A DNA stretch of 64,000 bases, from contig JBNRSN020000034.1 of assembly GCA_051313645.2 (NCBI GenBank), positions 992,001 through 1,056,000 of the forward strand. Direction: 5' to 3'. Numbering within the stretch: position 1 is the stretch's first letter; the number at the start of each line of letters is the position of its first letter. Positions 57,936-64,000 of this stretch are shown one piece after another. Source of the stretch: Centroscyllium fabricii (lineage: Eukaryota). The position numbers and the translations under genes were made by a program. The notes beneath the pieces were generated by a model. The model did no database searches, was not told the origin of the DNA, and was given only the letters and a program-made list of their open reading frames with translations.

Positions 57936-60900
57936 CTATTCCCTGTCAGGGTCGCAGCGGGTCGCTCCCTGTGGCGGTGCGTCGCTGACCCTTACCCTTG
58001 TTCCCCCGCAGCCTGTTGCTGCTTGTCGGGGGTGTATGATTATTCTCTGGTGGGTGCTTTCTCTCACTGGTCTGTGCCTATACCTGAGGGCATAGGACGG
58101 TTCTGGCCAAGCCTTCCTGGGCTGGGATTTCCTGTCCGATCGACGAAGGATGCTTTTAGGTACTGCCCCCTGGGCCGACGAACTGAGGATCGGGCCAGGT
58201 CGTGCTGCAGCCTGTGACTCCTTCACAGCTGCCAGCACCGACGTTCCCTCCTCCAGCTCCATCGACGAACTGAGGACCGGGCCAGGTTGTGCTGCAGCCT
58301 TTGACTCCCTCACAGCTGCCAGCACCGACCTCCCTTCCTCCAGCTTCGCTTCCCTGGGGCCGAGAGCCCCCTGGGCCGACGACCTGAGGACCGGGCCAGG
58401 TCGTACTGCAGCCTGTGACTCCCTCACAGCTGCCAGCACCGACGTTCCCTCCTCTCGCTTCGTCGACGAACTGAAGGCCGGGCCAGGTCGTGCTGCAGCC
58501 TGTGACTCCCTCACAGCTGCCAGCACCGACGTTCCCTCCTCCAGCTTCGCTTCCCCGGGACTGGGATCTCTTGCGGCTTCCGACCTCGCCTCACCTGTCT
58601 CCCAAGGTGGTGAGTCTCCGCCCGCTATCCCTACCTCTTCGGCACTTGAGTCGAGAACGGAACCCCCGTCCTCCGACCCCTCCTTCTCCTCTGTGACTGG
58701 GTCAAACACTTGGTCGTGTAAGTCAATCAGGTCCAACACTTGGTCGTGTTGGTCAATCGGGTCCAACACTTGGTCGTGTTGGTCAGGCTCTTCCCCATCT
58801 GAATCCCACACAGCACGAGAGACCCTCCTTTCCTCCATAGGGGCCTCCCCTCTCACGCAGGCTACTTTACCTGCCTGCGCGACCTGTGGTCCTGCACTTG
58901 GCTGGGCGTTCCCACTCACAGGGCTTGCCCCTGTGGTCGACCCCTGCGTGCCCGACTTGTACAGTTTACATTGGTTAATGTGAAACCATTTCGTCCGCCG
59001 GGGCACCTTCACTGCATACACCATGGGGCTTGCCTTGTCTACAATACTGTAGGGCCCCATGTACAGTGGCTCTAAACTCCCTACCCGGGCATAGTTCCTT
59101 ACCATGACCAGGTCTCCTACTTCCCACTCTTGCGTTTTGCGGGGTTCCAGCAACAGCTTATTCCCCTGATGCTGTCTGCCCATGTTCCCCGCTGCCTGCT
59201 CATGTACTCGCTTCAGGTGCTCGAACAGATTTTGGGCGAATCTGTCCTTCTTTACCTCTTCGAGCTGTCCCTCCGTGAGCACCGGGGCTAGTACATGAGT
59301 GGGGGTGTGCATGGCCCTCCCAGTCATTAACTCGTGCGGGGAATACCCCGTACTTTTCGACTGGCTGGCCCTAATCCCCATGAGGACTAAAGGCAGGATC
59401 TCCGCCCATTTCTGGGGCGAGCCCATAGCCTCTTTCCTCAACCTTTCCTTGAGGGTCCGGTTCATACGTTCCACAATCCCTGATGACTGGGGGTTGTGTG
59501 CTACGTGCCATTTCCCTTCGATGCCCAAGAGCATGAGGGTGTTTTGCATCACTTGGCCAGTGAAGTGGCTCCCCTGGTCAGATTCCACAAAACGGGGAAG
59601 TCCCCACCGTGAGAACACCTCCCGGACCAAGATCCTGGCAGTACCTAAGGCCGTAGCCGTCCTACAGGGGAAAGCTTCCACCCACTTGGAGAACACGTCC
59701 ACCAGGACGAGACAGTACTTATAGCCTCCCTGGGCGGTGGGCAGGGGCCCTATATAGTCGACTTGTATCGACTGCCATGGTCCCTCCACCCTCCTGACGT
59801 GACCCATCTGCGCTTTCCTCCTCCGGGGGTCTGGGTTGTTTGCAGCGCACACCAGGCAGCTTGCACAGAACTCGCGGGCATCCTCCCTGAGTCCCGGCCA
59901 CCACCCTGCCTGCTCTACCCGCTGCCACGTAACCTCTGGCCCTGGATGCCCTGCTCCTGGACCCTCGTGGGCCAGCTGGAGAAACTCCCTCCTGTGCTGC
60001 TGCGGCACAACCCACTGTTCCTCCCTGAACAACATGCCTTCCTTAACGGAGAGGACCGCCCTACTGTACGGGCCCTCTACCTGCTCGTCCTCGCTGATTG
60101 CCTTGAGGACGGCTTTTAAAACGGGATCCTGGTTTTGGACGGTCTTTAGGTCCAAAGGCAGAGGTACCCTGGGGCAGTTCCCCTCCCTATCCTGGATCGC
60201 TGCCACGGGCCCGGACCCATAGGGGTCCCAGAAAGTGCCATCGCGAGCACCCTCCTTGGCCAGTGCATCCGCCCGCTGATTGCCTCCCCCACGGGGTTCC
60301 GTGGAAGAGTGAGCCTTCACCTTATGGATGAAGGTCTCCCCTTCTTCCCCCACTGCCGCTAGGATCTTTTCCAGCAAGGGCTTTACCGTTAATGGTCGCC
60401 CGTCCGCGGAAGTGTATCCGCGACGCGACCATATGGCCAGATATTCCGTGCACGAGTTGCACGTGAACATGCTGTCTGAGCAAATTGTGTACGGGGTTGG
60501 GAAGGTCTCGGGGTGAGTTACCACGTACGCCACCGCTGACAGCTCGGCTTGCTGCGCGCTCATGGTGCGGGGGAGCTTAACCGCCAGGGCAATGTCTGCC
60601 GTAGGGTCAAAAATCCCGCAGCCTGTGAGTCGTTCGCCAGCCACCACCGTGCTGGAACCATCCACATAAATCTCGCGGCCCGTGGGGTGTATCCCGGCTC
60701 GCTGACCTATGTTCACCTCCCACACCCCCTCCACGGAACACCGATGGGTCGTTCCGGGGTACATTAAATTTGCTGCAAGCTTGGGCTCACACAGACCCTC
60801 CACCTTTAAGTCCATCTGGGACAGGAGAAGAGTCCAGCGCGCGATCCGAGCGCTGCTCACGGTCCCATCCTTGATCCTTCCATCCAGAAGCATCCTGGTG

Positions 60901-62621
60901 GGTGTGTGGTGGGTGAGGAGGGTGATGGGTGAGGTTCCCGTGAAGATCAGTGATCTCTTCACGGCACAATGCGTGGCTAAAAGATGCCGTTCGCAGTTGG
61001 AGAAACCCCTCTCCACGTCTGTGAGCACCCTTGAAGAATACACCACCAACCGCAGCTTGCCGTGCCGCTCTTGGAGCAGCACAGCACTCAAGCTGTCTTC
61101 GCCGGCGGCTACCTCCAGGGAAAACTCCTTCCCCCCCTCAATGGCCCCCAAGGCTGGCGCGGTTTGCAGGTCTCTCTTTAACTTTTCAAACGCCGCCTGG
61201 CAACCCTCATCCCATGACCACCCAACTCCCTTATGTAAGAGTCGGAGCAGCGGGGCTGCTGTGGCTGCATAGTCCTCAATGAAGTCTCTGCAATACCCGG
61301 TCAGTCCCAAAAAGGACCTCACACCCTTTACGGTGGTAGGGATCGGTAGCTCCTGTACCGACTCCCTCCTAGCCTTATCTATGGCCCTTTCCCCAGCGCG
61401 CATGGTCAGACCCAGAAATTTTACTTCTGTCTGGCCGATCCGTGCCTTCTTCGGGTTTATTTTAAAACCCTTCCTAGCCAGCAGTTCCAGCAGCTCGCTC
61501 AGCAGTGGCAGGTGCTCTTCCCTAGTGTCCGTGAACAAAAGTAAGTCGTCCACGTACTGCACTATCTGATTGGGCTGGCTAAACTCCTTCAAACTCCCTG
61601 CCATACACTGGTGGAAAATGCTGGGGCTGCTGTGGAAGCCTTGCGGCAAGCAGTTCCATGTGTACTGCTGCCCTTTAAAAGTAAAGGCAAACTTGTACTG
61701 GTCCTCCTGCCGCAGCGGAATGGACCAAAACCCATTGGAAATATCCAACACCGTGAACGCCGTCGCGGAAGCGGGAATACTTCCGATCAGGTCGGCAACT
61801 GCTGCCACCATGGGTGCGCAGGCGGGGATGTTACTGTTGAGGACCCGGTAATCCACCGTGGCTCTCCACGAGTTGTCCGGCTTCCTCATGGGCCACAACG
61901 GAGAGTTCACGTGGGTGGCTATCGCCCTCAACACGCCCTGCTGCACCAGTGAAGACATCGCTGTCTCCAAATCGGGCTCAGCTTCCTTGGGGAAGTTATG
62001 CTGTTTCTGGGGTCGGGACATGGGATCCCCCTGTACACTAACCTCAAACCCTAGGACCCTCCCGCAATCGTGCTTGTGGGTCGCAAAGGCGTTCAGATTA
62101 TAGGTCACGGCCGCATGCATGTCGGCCGGAACCCCCTTGGACAAACTCTCGAGGTCGTAACCTCCGGACGGCTTCATGGTACATAGGGTCCCCTTCTCTT
62201 CCTCCTCCCCTATGACCACTACTTCACCCCTTCCACTCTCGGCTGCCCATAGGCAGTGATTCCTTAGGTCGATCATGATCCCGTGTGCTCCCAGAAAATC
62301 TGCCCCGACTATCCCTCTACCACCCCCTTCTTCCCACTTCAGCAGGATGCACTCCCATGTGGTGTGGAGCGCTCCTAACTGAACGGAGAGTGGCCTAGAG
62401 CGCGCGCCCCCCTGTTCCTTGCCCGTAAACCCTGCTAATGCGAAGGGGACTCCTGTGGACATGGGGGAGTTAAACGGCCTCTCTGTGTGGATCACGGTGC
62501 ATGAGGCCCCCGTATCCAACAGATAGTTCCCCCCCTGATTCTCCACCTCCATTTCCACCAGAGGCCTCCTCCACGCATCATAACGGAGCGGACACAGGTA
62601 AATGGGCAGCGCGGGTTTTAG
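57936..62621 (-). CDS. pol: Pol: protease, RT, degenerate RNase H (tether), RNase H, integrase and repetitive C-terminal extension
   Basis: LLDTGAS, LDISNGFW, LPQGF, YVDD; tether LEVAAG..YSSRVL..E.....ERHLLA; second RH YVDGS/AQQAEL/SDS/VKAH/GNQRADALAK; HHCC, DYIGP, SDQGSHF, VERMN, GPY. The frame is open from the gag stop. Confidence 0.95.
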   Translation of the reverse strand, partial: LKPALPIYLCPLRYDAWRRPLVEMEVENQGGNYLLDTGASCTVIHTERPFNSPMSTGVPFALAGFTGKEQGGARSRPLSVQLGALHTTWECILLKWEEGGGRGIVGADFLGAHGIMIDLRNHCLWAAESGRGEVVVIGEEEEKGTLCTMKPSGGYDLESLSKGVPADMHAAVTYNLNAFATHKHDCGRVLGFEVSVQGDPMSRPQKQHNFPKEAEPDLETAMSSLVQQGVLRAIATHVNSPLWPMRKPDNSWRATVDYRVLNSNIPACAPMVAAVADLIGSIPASATAFTVLDISNGFWSIPLRQEDQYKFAFTFKGQQYTWNCLPQGFHSSPSIFHQCMAGSLKEFSQPNQIVQYVDDLLLFTDTREEHLPLLSELLELLARKGFKINPKKARIGQTEVKFLGLTMRAGERAIDKARRESVQELPIPTTVKGVRSFLGLTGYCRDFIEDYAATAAPLLRLLHKGVGWSWDEGCQAAFEKLKRDLQTAPALGAIEGGKEFSLEVAAGEDSLSAVLLQERHGKLRLVVYSSRVLTDVERGFSNCERHLLATHCAVKRSLIFTGTSPITLLTHHTPTRMLLDGRIKDGTVSSARIARWTLLLSQMDLKVEGLCEPKLAANLMYPGTTHRCSVEGVWEVNIGQRAGIHPTGREIYVDGSSTVVAGERLTGCGIFDPTADIALAVKLPRTMSAQQAELSAVAYVVTHPETFPTPYTICSDSMFTCNSCTEYLAIWSRRGYTSADGRPLTVKPLLEKILAAVGEEGETFIHKVKAHSSTEPRGGGNQRADALAKEGARDGTFWDPYGSGPVAAIQDREGNCPRVPLPLDLKTVQNQDPVLKAVLKAISEDEQVEGPYSRAVLSVKEGMLFREEQWVVPQQHRREFLQLAHEGPGAGHPGPEVTWQRVEQAGWWPGLREDAREFCASCLVCAANNPDPRRRKAQMGHVRRVEGPWQSIQVDYIGPLPTAQGGYKYCLVLVDVFSKWVEAFPCRTATALGTARILVREVFSRWGLPRFVESDQGSHFTGQVMQNTLMLLGIEGKWHVAHNPQSSGIVERMNRTLKERLRKEAMGSPQKWAEILPLVLMGIRASQSKSTGYSPHELMTGRAMHTPTHVLAPVLTEGQLEEVKKDRFAQNLFEHLKRVHEQAAGNMGRQHQGNKLLLEPRKTQEWEVGDLVMVRNYARVGSLEPLYMGPYSIVDKASPMVYAVKVPRRTKWFHINQCKLYKSGTQGSTTGASPVSGNAQPSAGPQVAQAGKVACVRGEAPMEERRVSRAVWDSDGEEPDQHDQVLDPIDQHDQVLDLIDLHDQVFDPVTEEKEGSEDGGSVLDSSAEEVGIAGGDSPPWETGEARSEAARDPSPGEAKLEEGTSVLAAVRESQAAARPGPAFSSSTKREEGTSVLAAVRESQAAVRPGPVLRSSAQGALGPREAKLEEGRSVLAAVRESKAAAQPGPVLSSSMELEEGTSVLAAVKESQAAARPGPILSSSAQGAVPKSILRRSDRKSQPRKAWPEPSYALRYRHRPVRESTHQRIIIHPRQAATGCGGTRVRVSDAPPQGATRCDPDRE
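58165..58785 (-). repeat. Coding tandem repeats in the pol C-terminal extension
   Basis: Four copies of EEG(T/R)SVLAAV(R/K)ES(Q/K)AA..PGP (58165-58555) and three 30-nt DQHDQVLDPI-type units (58700-58785). Confidence 0.9.
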
Positions 62622-63989
62622 TCACTTAGTTTCTTCGTAAGGGGCTGCGGTGCCTGCGGGACCGGTGGCAACCGCTGCCTTCCCCTGGGAAGCCATAAAA
62701 GACTTCATGGCCCCCAACATGGACTCAATCGTTTCGGGACTTAAAGTCGCACCGGCACCTCCCGTGGGAGTGGGTGCTCGGGCTGGGGCTGCGGGAGCTC
62801 TTTCCTTGACCTCCCTCCACGGGGCTCTACAGTCTCTGCGCCAGTGGCCTGCCTTCCCGCACCTATGACACGTAGACTGCCCCTGATTGCTTCCCTCCTG
62901 ATGCCACTCTTTCTGCACTGGGGCGTCTGCGTTAGTCGCATACACTTTCCCCTTATCGCAGTGCATCACCGAACTCCTGGCGTTCTTGTACCCTATGGTG
63001 AGTCGGTTCAGGACTGTCTCCTCTGTTGACTGGGCGTCAGTGGGGTCAAACCATGCCTTAGCCTGTTCCCTAACGGCTGGTAGGCTGTTGGCAACGATGC
63101 ACCGGAGCCACTGGGCTCTCCCGGCATCGCGCAAAGCAGCCCGTGCAGGTACATCTGGGCAGCTGCGCTGATACACAGGCCACAGCCTCCCGGTGAAAAC
63201 CCGTGGGGGTTCTCCCTCCATCTGCACGGTCCTACCCAGCCTCACAAACGGACCTTCACCGTCCATCCCCAACACTTCCAGGACCTCGTCCCGTAAGTCG
63301 TTGTAGCCCTTATCTCCCCTTTTGCTCTCGTCGGAGAGACACTGAAGGATAGAGCTATCCAGGGAGAAAAGCAACATCCTAGCTCGCTCCCCTTCGTCGC
63401 AGCCGTTTACCGCTGCGGTCTGCTCAACCTCTCTGAAATGCAGTGACGGATCGCCTGCTGCAGACAGCTTTCTAAAGTGTCCGATCATGCCCCTTATCTG
63501 CTGCGAGCTGTGGGGCACTATAACCTCATTCATGATGGGCCCGGGGTCCCCATCCACGGTGTTGGGACACCGCCTCGTTTCTCGAACCGGGCACATGGGT
63601 GCCGGGTCCGGATCCCCTACCTTGGGAACCTCCGCCGCCACCTCCTGTCTGTCCTCTCTCTCCCATGCTTGCGCATAGTGGGGTGGTCGCGCGGGGAGCA
63701 GGGGCGCTGGTGCCTCCGCTGCCCTCCTCGGCCTTGGCTTCGGGGGTTCCTTAACCACTTGTACCTCACCCACCGATGGGTCGATGAGGCACACCAGGCC
63801 ATTTGACCTGTTCAGAGCCTCCCTGAGGTCCTGAATCTCCTTTAAACAGGCGCCGTGATCAGCATCCTCATACTTTGTCTCAAGGGACATCTTATAAGCT
63901 GCCCTCATTCCTAACAGACTCTCGTCCTGGGTCTTTAACTGACCACTTAGGCGGACGCACCGTTCCCTGAGCCTCCCTTCGCTCGACAT
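62622..63989 (-). CDS. gag: Gag with coiled-coil N-terminal part and a single CCHC knuckle
   Basis: CHRCGKAGHWRRDC; in frame with pol across one TGA. The N-terminus may extend beyond the window. Confidence 0.88.
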   Translation of the reverse strand: MSSEGRLRERCVRLSGQLKTQDESLLGMRAAYKMSLETKYEDADHGACLKEIQDLREALNRSNGLVCLIDPSVGEVQVVKEPPKPRPRRAAEAPAPLLPARPPHYAQAWEREDRQEVAAEVPKVGDPDPAPMCPVRETRRCPNTVDGDPGPIMNEVIVPHSSQQIRGMIGHFRKLSAAGDPSLHFREVEQTAAVNGCDEGERARMLLFSLDSSILQCLSDESKRGDKGYNDLRDEVLEVLGMDGEGPFVRLGRTVQMEGEPPRVFTGRLWPVYQRSCPDVPARAALRDAGRAQWLRCIVANSLPAVREQAKAWFDPTDAQSTEETVLNRLTIGYKNARSSVMHCDKGKVYATNADAPVQKEWHQEGSNQGQSTCHRCGKAGHWRRDCRAPWREVKERAPAAPARAPTPTGGAGATLSPETIESMLGAMKSFMASQGKAAVATGPAGTAAPYEETK

Positions 63990-64000
63990 GGCCTCTACCA

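Larger units (their letters stand above)
55065..64000 (-). mobile_element. Retrovirus-like LTR element with dual RNase H (lokiretrovirus/NYNRIN-like pol), no env; 5' end outside the window
   Basis: Open gag and pol, a PPT and a long 3' LTR, inserted into CR1 after GCCTTCATT. Confidence 0.88.

Noticed and set aside
59299-62103. Multiple plus-strand ORFs opposite pol
   Set aside because: Antisense shadows of a GC-rich coding strand with no recognisable motifs.

Overview
Repeat-dense vertebrate genomic DNA, most likely from a cartilaginous fish (shark): it carries HER1/CR1-type LINEs with (TTTCTATG)n tails, HE1-like V-SINEs, Deu-domain SINEs and Penelope fragments. Most of the window is nested transposable elements: many CR1 copies, an RTEX-like LINE, a Rex1/Babar fragment, a palindromic Penelope derivative, a decayed Harbinger with related MITEs, Tc1/mariner-type MITEs, an internally deleted Academ transposon, and several Ty3/Gypsy elements. 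The only host-like gene is an uninterrupted SIMC1-like ORF (30493-32277). Highlights: (1) two divergent Gypsy elements with no tRNA primer-binding site, each instead carrying a 14-nt perfect complement of its own LTR poly(A)-signal region, with compensatory sequence changes (candidate self-priming system); (2) an intact, env-less, retrovirus-like element with two RNase H domains, a UGA-CUA gag-pol readthrough junction and a 1.85-kb LTR; (3) an Academ derivative that keeps an in-frame XPG-like nuclease ORF; (4) the intronless SIMC1-like copy. All family assignments come from motif recognition by eye; no database search was run.
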